Source: an archaeon (GTDB taxonomy: Archaea; Nanobdellota; Nanobdellia; Pacearchaeales; GW2011-AR1). Taken from it: 64,000 nucleotides of DNA. The stretch's first letter is position 1. Every line of letters starts with the position of its first letter. Positions 50,120 to 58,555 of the stretch are shown piece after piece. Where the stretch lies: contig JAUXAD010000001.1 in NCBI GenBank assembly GCA_030620045.1, positions 24,088 to 88,087 on the forward strand. Direction: 5' to 3'. A program made the position numbers and the translations under genes. The notes beneath the pieces are model-generated. The model had not been told where the DNA came from. It searched no databases and saw only the letters and a program-made list of their open reading frames with translations.

Positions 50120-50557
50120 TTAAGGTCTTCTCCCACGTCTTCCACCTTTCTTCTTTGGCCCTCCTCTCGGAGATCTTGTGGTGTCAAGGATATTTAATAT
50201 CCTAAAACCAGATCTTGATAAACTTTTCACTATTGCATGCACTCCTGGACCTGGAGCAGGGTTCCTGGTTTTTGCTCTTATTTTAACATACAATGATTTA
50301 ACACCTAGGTCCTTTATATTTTCTGCTATTCTTTTTGCAATAAACATTGCTATAGTTGGATTAGCTTTAAGCCTGCCATGTTTTGTGACCATCCCCCCTG
50401 TAACTTTTGAGATTGTTTTTCCAGACATATCTGTAACATGAACAATTGTATTATTGAATGAAGTATAAATGTTAACAACAGCTTCTACTTCCTTTTTCTT
50501 TTCCGCTCTAACTTTAGGAGCTTCAACCATTGTCTTATTTTCATTAATTGCGTTCAT
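50120..50557 (-). CDS. rps11: 30S ribosomal protein S11 (uS11)
   Basis: IVHVTDMSGKTISKVTGGM ... C-terminal basic tail. Confidence 0.9.
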   Translation of the reverse strand: MNAINENKTMVEAPKVRAEKKKEVEAVVNIYTSFNNTIVHVTDMSGKTISKVTGGMVTKHGRLKANPTIAMFIAKRIAENIKDLGVKSLYVKIRAKTRNPAPGPGVHAIVKSLSRSGFRILNILDTTRSPRGGPKKKGGRRGRRP

Positions 50558-51045
50558 TTTTTAGGTTTATCTGTTTTATCCGCTTTATTTATTTTTCCCT
50601 TCATTATTTTTAAAGAAATTTTATTTTCTAATTCTATAGGAATAATATAAGAAGGACTATTTACAACCTCCCCATCGACTAAAACTTTTTTATGCGTGAT
50701 TAATTGTCTTGCACTTTTTGGTGTTGTAGCAAGTTTTTTGCTAACCAGAATTGTTTGCAATCTTCTCTTTAAATAATCTTCTTTATCTAAGGATAAAATA
50801 TCTGCAATTGAATCAATCTTCAATCCTATTTTTTTCAAACTATTAAACAAAATCTGCTGTTCTGCTGGATTAGCAGAAATTAATTTTTTTGCTTTCTCTC
50901 TTATAGATTTAATTCTGGCATCTGCTTTCCAGATTTCCTTTTTGTTTTTCAATCCAAACTCTTTCATTATTATTGCTTCTTCATCAATTCTTATTTTATC
51001 GAAAGGCCTTTTTGGCTTAGAATATGTTTTATGTTTTCTTTTCAT
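50554..51045 (-). CDS. rps4: 30S ribosomal protein S4 (uS4)
   Basis: Conserved S4 fold sequence; operon position. Confidence 0.85.
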   Translation of the reverse strand: MKRKHKTYSKPKRPFDKIRIDEEAIIMKEFGLKNKKEIWKADARIKSIREKAKKLISANPAEQQILFNSLKKIGLKIDSIADILSLDKEDYLKRRLQTILVSKKLATTPKSARQLITHKKVLVDGEVVNSPSYIIPIELENKISLKIMKGKINKADKTDKPKK

Positions 51046-51566
51046 CTTACTATGTTCTTTTTAGTTTTCTTTTTGATACCTACACCTTTACTTTTATTCC
51101 TTCTGAAATTGCTTTTTGTTCTTTGTCCTCTTGAAGGAAGACCACTCATGTGTCTGTAACCCCTATAACTTTTAATTTTTTTTAATTTTTTAATATCAAA
51201 TTCAGTTTGCAATTCTAAATCGCTTCCAATTAAATGCTTATTTTCTCCGGTTTCAAGATCATTTCTTCTATTGACTATGTATTTTGGAACTTGCGGATTT
51301 TTTATAAATTCAGATATTTTTTTAATTTCTTCATCTGTTAGAGAACCAATCTTTCTATTTTTATCCATTTTTAACTTTTTACAAATAGCATTAGACAACC
51401 CCCAAGAGATTCCTTTTACTTTTGTTAACCCCGGGTAAATTTTCATTTTTCCTTCTATATCTTTTGATAGAATTCTAATTATCTTTCCTTCATACTCTTG
51501 TTTTTCTCCTGGTTTTTGTATTTGTTGTTCCATTTTTTTAAGGCACAAATAAATTATGTCTTTCAA
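51042..51566 (-). CDS. rps13: 30S ribosomal protein S13 (uS13)
   Basis: IRILSKDIEGKMKIYPGLTKVKGISWGLSNAI; basic C-terminus. Confidence 0.9.
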   Translation of the reverse strand: MKDIIYLCLKKMEQQIQKPGEKQEYEGKIIRILSKDIEGKMKIYPGLTKVKGISWGLSNAICKKLKMDKNRKIGSLTDEEIKKISEFIKNPQVPKYIVNRRNDLETGENKHLIGSDLELQTEFDIKKLKKIKSYRGYRHMSGLPSRGQRTKSNFRRNKSKGVGIKKKTKKNIVR

Positions 51567-52080
51567 TAGTTATTAGTTCCTTTAATATTCTTTTTTCAAT
51601 TGCTTTTTCAGGATCTGGGAGGTTTTGTATCCTTTTTTTCATATCTTCAAAAGATTCAAATTCTTTTTCTTTTCTTTGTTTTATAATTTCTTGCATATGT
51701 TTTTTTCCAAATCCTGGGAGAAATTCTATTTGGTGAATTCTTTTATTTATTGCTTCTGCTTTATTAAAAAAATCAACAAATTCTTTTTCTCTATTTTTAA
51801 CAATCTCTTCTATAAATTCTTGTAATTGATTTTTAGCAGCTTCGGTTAATTTTTCTCTATGAAGTCTTCCAAGAATATAATATATTTTAGGTCTTTTTCC
51901 TTCGCCAATATAGACCTGTTCTCCAATTTCTAATGCTATTCCTCTTCTAGGAACTAATTCTAAAAGGGTCAAGTTTTCTTTTCCTATAGCTTGAGCTATA
52001 GGCATCATTTTTCCTTCTAAAGGATACCCGTTCGGTAAATATTCTAAGATTATTGCATATTCTTCCTTGTTCATTTTCAT
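51538..52080 (-). CDS. DUF655-family HhH nucleic-acid-binding protein (conserved upstream of rps13 in archaea)
   Basis: HhH motif LPGFGKKHMQEI; syntenic position. Confidence 0.55.
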   Translation of the reverse strand: MKMNKEEYAIILEYLPNGYPLEGKMMPIAQAIGKENLTLLELVPRRGIALEIGEQVYIGEGKRPKIYYILGRLHREKLTEAAKNQLQEFIEEIVKNREKEFVDFFNKAEAINKRIHQIEFLPGFGKKHMQEIIKQRKEKEFESFEDMKKRIQNLPDPEKAIEKRILKELITIERHNLFVP

Positions 52081-52385
52081 TATTTGAATTCTTTAATTGT
52101 TTCAAGTATTTTTCTTGTTTCATCTTCATCTAAACTAACATCAACAAAAATTTTATTTAATTCTTCTGTATTCTCTGGCATCAAATCAATTATTTTTACT
52201 ATATGTTCTTTTCTAACTTTCATAAATTCCAGCCCTTCAATCTTTTTCCTTAATTCTTTGGCTTCTTTTAAATTCAATTTTACGAATTTTTTTATGAACC
52301 CAGTTAAATCTATTTCACTATCTTTGATTTTTTTAACATATTCGGCAATTTCAACCATACTCAAGGGTTCATTATTTGTTATCAT
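52080..52385 (-). CDS. rpoF: DNA-directed RNA polymerase subunit F (Rpo4)
   Basis: KIIDLMPENTEEL ... ETRKILETIKEF parallels the RpoF LVDLMPED ... region; position between L21e and DUF655. Confidence 0.55.
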   Translation of the reverse strand: MITNNEPLSMVEIAEYVKKIKDSEIDLTGFIKKFVKLNLKEAKELRKKIEGLEFMKVRKEHIVKIIDLMPENTEELNKIFVDVSLDEDETRKILETIKEFK

Positions 52386-52386
52386 A

Positions 52387-52641
52387 TTACTTTTTAGCTT
52401 TTATTTTTTTTAAATGTATTGGCTCAATTAGGAACTTTTTTTCTTTGGCTTGGTCCTTAATTTTAATGATATATGCTTTTCCTCTTCTTTCTTCAATTAA
52501 TCCAGTTCTTCCTTGAAGTCTTGTCGGAAAACTTGATTGCACTGCTGGCTCTCTCACAATTGCTACAAAATCTCCTTTTTCCAACTCTTGGAAATATCTA
52601 CTAAATTGCAACTTTCCTTTAGTTCTAACTTTTTTTCTCAT
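52387..52641 (-). CDS. rpl21e: 50S ribosomal protein L21e
   Basis: GDFVAIVREPAVQSSFPTRLQGRTGLI ... HL pattern. Confidence 0.8.
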   Translation of the reverse strand: MRKKVRTKGKLQFSRYFQELEKGDFVAIVREPAVQSSFPTRLQGRTGLIEERRGKAYIIKIKDQAKEKKFLIEPIHLKKIKAKK

Positions 52642-52696
52642 AATTTACTCAAAAATGTTTTATTTAAAAAAGTATCTTTTATTTATTAATCTACTC

Positions 52697-53904
52697 TTAC
52701 TCATATCTCAAAGCATCAGCTGGCTTTAATTTTGCTGCTTGCATTGCAGGAAGAATTCCAGACAATGTTCCAGTTAAAAAAGAAAATAATAAGGCCCCCC
52801 AATCAAATACCAAGGAAAAGCTGCTTGAAGTAGGTCTGTACCAAGAGCAGTACTTGCAATGTATTCTGCACCCTTTCCTAAACCAATTCCAATACCGATA
52901 CCAATTGCTCCTCCAACTAATCCTAAAAGCCCTGATTCAAATAAGAAAATAAATAAAATATCAGAATTTTTTGCACCAACTGCTTTCATTGTTCCAATTT
53001 CTTTTGTTCTTTCTAAAACAGAAGTATACATAGTATTCATTATTCCAATACCTCCAACAAGTAAAGAAATAGCAGCAATACCTACTAATACTGCCTGCAC
53101 AATCCCGAAAATATTTGAGAAAGACTCTAAAAGCTGTTCAGAAGTTTGAACACTGAATGTTTCTTGGCCTTCTTTTTCTCCTCTTAAGTTTCTTAATTTT
53201 CTTTCAATTGTTTCAGCAACCTTGACAGGATCAAAACCAGCAGCAGTTTTTACAAGAATTTGGCTTTCTTCATCTTCAACATCTAAAATTTCTTTCAAAA
53301 TATCCTTAGAAACATATAATAAATTATCGTCAATAGGATTCCCTATTTTACTCACAACCCCAATAACTTTAAAATCATGGTTCTCAATTTCAATAGTACT
53401 TCCTATTTGTAATGATTTCTCCCAGGTATCTCCATAAATATGGTCATATCCAACAACAACTTTGAATTTGTCCTCATCTTTTAATCCTCTTCCATCAATA
53501 ACTTCTAAACCAGCCATTTCCATCATACGTTCAAAATCTATTTCTGTTAATCCAGTAGCAAAACCAATTCCTGCTTCCCCTTTGTATTTGGCTTGCCCCT
53601 GCTTTATCAAATAACCAGAAGCATATTCAACTCCTCTAACTCCTTCAATTACTTTCAAATCTTTTGAAGTTAATTTTAATGAGCCTGTTGCAGAACCAGG
53701 GGCCATCATACCTCTTGGTTGGATAATTATTTTATCACTTCCTAATTGTTCAAATTGCTCTTCAATAGCATTCTGAAGTCCTTGCCCCAAAGAAATCAAA
53801 GCCACAACAGCCGCAATACCAATAAAAATTCCGACCATAGTTAACCAAGAACGAAGTTTTCTTCTTTTAAGATTATTAAATGCTAAAAAGAAATAGTCTT
53901 TCAT
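52697..53904 (-). CDS. ABC exporter permease (MacB/FtsX-like), interrupted by a frameshift in a C6/G6 tract
   Basis: MacB periplasmic core plus FtsX TM domain. After the homopolymer at 52794-52799, the canonical FtsX C-terminus LFSFLTGTLSGILPAMQAAKLKPADALRYE continues in the +1 frame. Confidence 0.65.
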
Positions 53905-53905
53905 T

Positions 53906-54781
53906 TTAATTCCTCGTAGCTTTTAATTTTCGTTTTTTCATAATCCTATAAAATATATAACCTAAAACCAAAACTCCGCCTATGATATAAGGTGTATAAC
54001 TTGGTTTTTGTACAAGCCCTAAACTTTGCGCCTCTTTTAATGAATAAGTCTTTAAAATTACATTTTTACTCTCTATGAATTCTTTATTTGTAGCATCTTT
54101 AAATTTCAAAACAATAGGCAAATTTATTGTTCCAGAAGCATCCGCATTAACATATACTTCATATTCAATATTATCAAAATCATCACTATTTATATCTCCA
54201 ATATATTGTTCTTTTTCTGAAAGAAATTTTATACCTTTAACATTATCCACAATTAAGTAAACAAATTTAACATCTGCTAAACCAGAATTAACTATTTTTA
54301 CTGAAAAAACATTCTCTTTTCCTTTAATTAAAACTGTAGAATCTTCTAATGAAACTTTTAATTCTGGTTTTGAATTAACTGTGATACTAATTAATTCATA
54401 CTTTGTAGAAACATTTTTTTCTTCATCTTCGTAACTAATTTCTACAGGGATCTTATAAATCCCTGTGTCTGTTTCAGGTAGGGCAATTAATCTAAACTTA
54501 AAATCTTTTTCATCCCCCTCTTCTAATTCATCTAAAAACTTTTCTGAACTTGATTGATAAGGAGCAAAAGGAACATTTTCTAATTTTAATTTAACATTTA
54601 AATTTGTAACATCATATTCAAAAATGTTTTCAATTTCAATAAAAACTTCAACCACTTGTCCTGGAACTACTTCTTCTGGAGAACTTAATACATCAGTAAT
54701 TGAAATAGCTGAAATAAAGTTTAAACTAAAGAGAGCCATGCAAAATATGATTAAAATTTTTGATTTAATTTTATTTTCCAT
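53906..54781 (-). CDS. secreted protein with signal peptide and C-terminal TM anchor (ABC-transporter-associated)
   Basis: N-terminal signal sequence; C-terminal TM helix plus a basic tail; co-operonic with the ABC genes. Confidence 0.4.
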   Translation of the reverse strand: MENKIKSKILIIFCMALFSLNFISAISITDVLSSPEEVVPGQVVEVFIEIENIFEYDVTNLNVKLKLENVPFAPYQSSSEKFLDELEEGDEKDFKFRLIALPETDTGIYKIPVEISYEDEEKNVSTKYELISITVNSKPELKVSLEDSTVLIKGKENVFSVKIVNSGLADVKFVYLIVDNVKGIKFLSEKEQYIGDINSDDFDNIEYEVYVNADASGTINLPIVLKFKDATNKEFIESKNVILKTYSLKEAQSLGLVQKPSYTPYIIGGVLVLGYIFYRIMKKRKLKATRN

Positions 54782-55454
54782 GCTTTACTATCCTCCCATC
54801 CTGTATTTTTAAAATTTTCTGCGCATGATTTAAAAGATTAATGTCGTGGGTAACTAAGATTATTGTTTTTCCTTTTTTATTTAAATCTTTAAACAATTTC
54901 ATAATTTCTGCTCCTGTTTTTGTATCTAAATTTCCAGTTGGTTCATCAGCAAGAATAACTTCAGGATCATTTGCTAAGGCTCTCCCAATAGCAACTCTTT
55001 GCCTTTCTCCACCAGAAAGTTCATTTGGAAGATGATTTTTTCTATGACTTAATCTAACATTTTCTAAAATTTTTTCAGCCCTTTTTATTCTTTCATCTCT
55101 GTCTACACCCTGAAAAATCATTGGCAGTGTAATATTTTCCAATGCAGTCAAAGTTGGTATTAAATTAAATGTTTGAAATACAAATCCTATCTTTCTCCCT
55201 CTTATCTGCGCTAATTTAGATTCTTCTAAATGTTCAATGTTCTGCCCATCCAAGAAAATATCCCCTTTTGTAGCCAAATCAAGAGCTCCAACCATATTCA
55301 TCATAGTTGATTTACCCGAACCACTTGGCCCAATAATAACTATAAAATCTCCTTTTTTTATCTCTAAATCGATTCCTTCAACAGCTTGAACTATTGAATC
55401 CCCCATTTTGTAATCTTTATGCACATTATCAAGTTTGATGATTGTTTGTTTCAT
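54771..55454 (-). CDS. ABC transporter ATP-binding protein (MacB/LolD-like)
   Basis: Walker A GPSGSGKST, signature LSGGERQRVAIGRA, Walker B ILADEPTGNLD. Confidence 0.9.
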   Translation of the reverse strand: MKQTIIKLDNVHKDYKMGDSIVQAVEGIDLEIKKGDFIVIIGPSGSGKSTMMNMVGALDLATKGDIFLDGQNIEHLEESKLAQIRGRKIGFVFQTFNLIPTLTALENITLPMIFQGVDRDERIKRAEKILENVRLSHRKNHLPNELSGGERQRVAIGRALANDPEVILADEPTGNLDTKTGAEIMKLFKDLNKKGKTIILVTHDINLLNHAQKILKIQDGRIVKHGK

Positions 55455-55571
55455 ATTTTTTCTCAGAATTAGGTTTCTGAAGCACCAACACCTCTAATTT
55501 ATACAATATAATGTTTATTTAAAGTTAACTGTGATAGTAAGTTTTAAAAATAAAGATATTGAATTAATAAT

Positions 55572-55769
55572 ATGATAATCCCTGTTAGATGCTTTTCATG
55601 TGGAAAACCTATTGGCCATTTATGGGAAGAGTACAAAAAAAGAGTTGCAGAAGGAGAAAAATCTAAAAAAGTTTTAGATGAGTTTGGGTTAGAAAGACCT
55701 TGTTGCAGGTCTGTGTTCTTAGGACAAATTGATTTGATTGAACTTGTTGGAAAGTTTAAGAAGAGCTAA
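55572..55769 (+). CDS. rpoN: DNA-directed RNA polymerase subunit N (Rpo10)
   Basis: MIIPVRCFSCGKPIGHLWEEY ... PCCRS. Confidence 0.85.
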   Translation: MIIPVRCFSCGKPIGHLWEEYKKRVAEGEKSKKVLDEFGLERPCCRSVFLGQIDLIELVGKFKKS

Positions 55770-55973
55770 AGTCCAATACAAATATTTAAAAATTTTAAAT
55801 ATATCTTGTTTTATGAAAAGACTTTCTGATTTATTAGAATATATAAAAAATAAGAGATTTGTTAGAAGATATGAATCTAATAGTGAAAATTATGAAGGAG
55901 GAATTCTTTTGGCTAATTCAGATTATTGTGACGCTTCTGTCGATGTAATCTTATTTAAAAATTAAAGAAAATG

Positions 55974-56087
55974 AAAGACAGCTTGATGGTTTGGCTTCTT
56001 GTAGGAAACTACTGCCACTAACATAGGAAGCTTAACTTCTGTGTTCGGAATGAGAACAGGTGTTTCCAACCTATTATGGCCGTCTTC
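55974..56087 (-). rRNA. 5S ribosomal RNA
   Basis: Reverse complement GAAGACGGCCATAATAGGTTGGAAACACCTGTTCTCATTCCGAACACAGAAGTTAAGC ... AGTGGCAGTAGTTTCCTACAAGAAGCCAAACCATCAAGCTGTCTTT. It contains the universal CCGAACxCAGAAGUUAAGC block and a helix I of 5'-GAAGACGGC paired with GCUGUCUUU-3'. Confidence 0.75.
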
Positions 56088-56149
56088 AAATATATCTAAA
56101 ATCAAACCCTTATAAAGTTTTTTATATCCGCAATTCCCATTAATTTCAT

Positions 56150-56233
56150 GCGGAAGTGCCGGAGTGGTCAAACGGGATGCGTTAAGGGCGCATTAGCTTA
56201 GTGCTTACGTGGGTTCGAATCCTTCCTTCCGCA
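56150..56233 (+). tRNA. tRNA-Leu, second copy; anticodon loop TTAAGGG (apparent anticodon AAG)
   Basis: GCGGAAGTGCCGGAGTGGTCAAACGGGATGCGTTAAGGGCGCATTAGCTTAGTGCTTACGTGGGTTCGAATCCTTCCTTCCGCA. It is identical to the 49267-49350 tRNA except for the anticodon arm. Confidence 0.75.
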
Positions 56234-56320
56234 TAATAAGTTTTATAAAGGATTATCTGTTCGGATTTTTACCTGCGAGTTAATCGCGTTAGCGGGATCT
56301 TATGATTCTGTTATAATAGA

Positions 56321-56689
56321 ATGAAATCAAAAACACTTATAGAAAAACAATTGCAAAGGAAAAAGAATTCAGAGCTAGTTAAAACTATAATTGCTGCTAA
56401 GAAAAATGATAGCTGGATTGAAATAGCTAAAATTCTTTCTGGTCCAAGAAAGAAAAGAGTAGAGATTAACCTTGAAGATATAAGTAAGAAAGCAGAAGAA
56501 GGAGAAACTATTGTAATTCCTGGAAAAGTTCTTTCTCAAGGGGAATTTAATAAAAAGGTAAAAATTATTGCCTTAAATTTTTCTGAAAAGGCTAAAGAAA
56601 AACTATTAAAAGCTAAATGTGAAGTTTTTAGTATATTGGAAGAAATTAAATTAAATCCTGAAGCTAAAGGGATTAGAATTTTGAAATGA
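56321..56689 (+). CDS. rpl18e: 50S ribosomal protein L18e
   Basis: Archaeal L18e pattern (LSGPRKKRVEINL ... VIPGKVL). Confidence 0.8.
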   Translation: MKSKTLIEKQLQRKKNSELVKTIIAAKKNDSWIEIAKILSGPRKKRVEINLEDISKKAEEGETIVIPGKVLSQGEFNKKVKIIALNFSEKAKEKLLKAKCEVFSILEEIKLNPEAKGIRILK

Positions 56690-57078
56690 AAATCATTGAC
56701 GGAAGAAATGCAGTTTTAGGAAGATTAGCTAGTTATATTGCTAAAGAAGCTTTGAAAGGAGAAGAGGTAGTTATTTTAAATTGCGAACAAATAATAATTA
56801 CTGGGAATAAAAAAAGTATTAAAGAAAGTTTTGAAATTAAAAGAAGTAGAGTAGGAAGTAGTCAAAAAGGTCCAAAACATTCCAAGACAAGTGAAGGGAT
56901 AGTTAAAAGGGCTATAAGGGGTATGCTCCCTGACCATAGAGAAGGGAGAGGTAAGATAGCTTATAAAAAAATAAAGTGTTATACTGGAGTTCCAAAAGAA
57001 TTTCAAGAATCTAAAAAAATTGTTGGTGGAAAGGAAAAAGGAATTAAATTTATTCAAATAAAAGAAATTGCGAAATAA
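56686..57078 (+). CDS. rpl13: 50S ribosomal protein L13 (uL13)
   Basis: IIDGRNAVLGRLAS ... GMLPDH. Confidence 0.9.
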   Translation: MKIIDGRNAVLGRLASYIAKEALKGEEVVILNCEQIIITGNKKSIKESFEIKRSRVGSSQKGPKHSKTSEGIVKRAIRGMLPDHREGRGKIAYKKIKCYTGVPKEFQESKKIVGGKEKGIKFIQIKEIAK

Positions 57079-57081
57079 ACA

Positions 57082-57483
57082 ATGAAAAAAATAATTACCT
57101 CTGGAAAAAGAAAGACAGCAATTGCAAGAGCTGTGCTTACAGAGGGTTCTGGAAAAATTAGTATAAACAAAAAGGATTACAAAACCTTACAGACATTTGA
57201 TACACTTAAAATTGAAGAGCCAGTTAGGATTGCTGAAAATATTCTTGGGAAAATAAATTTTGATGTTTTAATTAATGTAAAAGGTGGAGGAGAAAAAAGC
57301 CAAGTTGAGGCTGCTAGACTTGCCTTAACAAAAGCAATTATTAAATTTTCAAACAGCGACGAGTTAACAAAAGCATATTTAGATTATGACAGAAATCTAC
57401 TTGTTGCAGATGTTAGAAGAAAAGAAGCATATAAACCCGGAGATAGTAAAGCAAGGAAGAAAAGGCAGAGTTCTAAGAGATAA
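57082..57483 (+). CDS. rps9: 30S ribosomal protein S9 (uS9)
   Basis: GKRKTAIARA ... C-terminal KARKKRQSSKR. Confidence 0.9.
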   Translation: MKKIITSGKRKTAIARAVLTEGSGKISINKKDYKTLQTFDTLKIEEPVRIAENILGKINFDVLINVKGGGEKSQVEAARLALTKAIIKFSNSDELTKAYLDYDRNLLVADVRRKEAYKPGDSKARKKRQSSKR

Positions 57484-57491
57484 TTAAAAAC

Positions 57492-57791
57492 TTATCTAAA
57501 CTTGAACAAGTATTTATTTAAATCAATTCTTTTATTATTAATTTCTACTCCTTCTGATTTTAATAATTTTATTTTTCTTTTTGTTCCAGAAGCAAAACCT
57601 CCGACGTGACCATTTGAATTAACAACACGATGACAGGGAACTTGCGGAGCGTATGGATTTTTGTTCATCGCATTACCGACTGCACGATAAGCTTTAGTGC
57701 CTAGAGTTTTTGCAATTTCTTTATAAGTTGTTACTTTTCCTTTTGGAACTTGTTTTAAAAGAGTGTAACATTTTTGGTTGAAGGTTGTCAT
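57492..57791 (-). CDS. ogt: methylated-DNA-protein-cysteine methyltransferase DNA-binding/active-site domain (MGMT family, single-domain 99 aa)
   Basis: PCHRVV active-site motif; the helix-turn-helix YKEIAKTLG precedes it. Confidence 0.75.
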   Translation of the reverse strand: MTTFNQKCYTLLKQVPKGKVTTYKEIAKTLGTKAYRAVGNAMNKNPYAPQVPCHRVVNSNGHVGGFASGTKRKIKLLKSEGVEINNKRIDLNKYLFKFR

Positions 57792-58555
57792 TTTATCCCC
57801 AACTTCTCCAATTTATTTTGAACATGATTAAATAATGTTGAAGATATTAATGATTGGTGGGAACCCTGATGTATCTGCCCATCGAATTTTATTTTTCCCA
57901 AATAAGTTTGATTTTTTAGGATTTTTTTAAGCCCATTGACAGAAAAGCCATATTTTTTTGCTAATTGTGTGAGACTTATGGTTTTATTTAGAAACTCTTG
58001 ATAAATTTCCTGAACTAAATAAGAATCTTCTGCTGGAATAAGTTTTTTGTTTTCTAATTTATAACCAAAAGCAGCTCTTGATACTATATTCCCATCACGA
58101 GCCTGTTTGTCCATTGAGAATTTTGTTCTCTCGCTTGTGACATTTCTTTCAAATTCTGCAAATGCTGAAATTATGTGAAACATTAGCTTTCCAGAAGCAG
58201 AAGTTGTTTCTATTTTATCTTGCAAGGAAATGAAATCTATACCCCAATCTTTTAATTGTTCTATTGTTTCAATAAGATCTCTAAGACTCCTTGAAAATCT
58301 ATCTAACTTATAGATAAAAATTGCTTGAAATTTGTGAGTTTTGGCATCTTCTAACATCTGTCTCATTTCAGGTCTTCCTTTAATGTCTTTTCCAGATTTC
58401 CCTTCATCTCTATAAACCTTAAGAACATCATATCCTAGAGCAGAAGCATAATTTTTCAATGCCTCTTCTTGTGCTGAGAGAGATACTCCTTGCTTTGCTT
58501 GTTCTTCTGTTGAAACACGGATGTAAATTGCTCCTAGGGGTTTTGATGGTGTCAT
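57788..58555 (-). CDS. serine recombinase (resolvase catalytic domain plus a partial recombinase domain; short, 255 aa)
   Basis: AIYIRVSTEEQ (catalytic Ser), RFSRSLRDL, GIDFISLQD; the C-terminus FGYKLENKKLIPAEDSYLVQEIY ... YLGKIKF matches the recombinase domain. Confidence 0.8.
   Translation of the reverse strand: MTPSKPLGAIYIRVSTEEQAKQGVSLSAQEEALKNYASALGYDVLKVYRDEGKSGKDIKGRPEMRQMLEDAKTHKFQAIFIYKLDRFSRSLRDLIETIEQLKDWGIDFISLQDKIETTSASGKLMFHIISAFAEFERNVTSERTKFSMDKQARDGNIVSRAAFGYKLENKKLIPAEDSYLVQEIYQEFLNKTISLTQLAKKYGFSVNGLKKILKNQTYLGKIKFDGQIHQGSHQSLISSTLFNHVQNKLEKLGIK

Noticed and set aside
52084-52413. 109-aa plus-strand ORF
   Set aside because: Antisense to rpoF and L21e; Ser/Phe-rich artefact.
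55738-55965. 75-aa plus-strand ORF after rpoN
   Set aside because: The 5' third overlaps the rpoN coding end. There is no motif; at most it is a 50-aa leaderless peptide, and it is unsupported.
55962-56171. 69-aa minus-strand ORF
   Set aside because: It spans the 5S rRNA and the antisense of tRNA-Leu, so it is not a protein gene.
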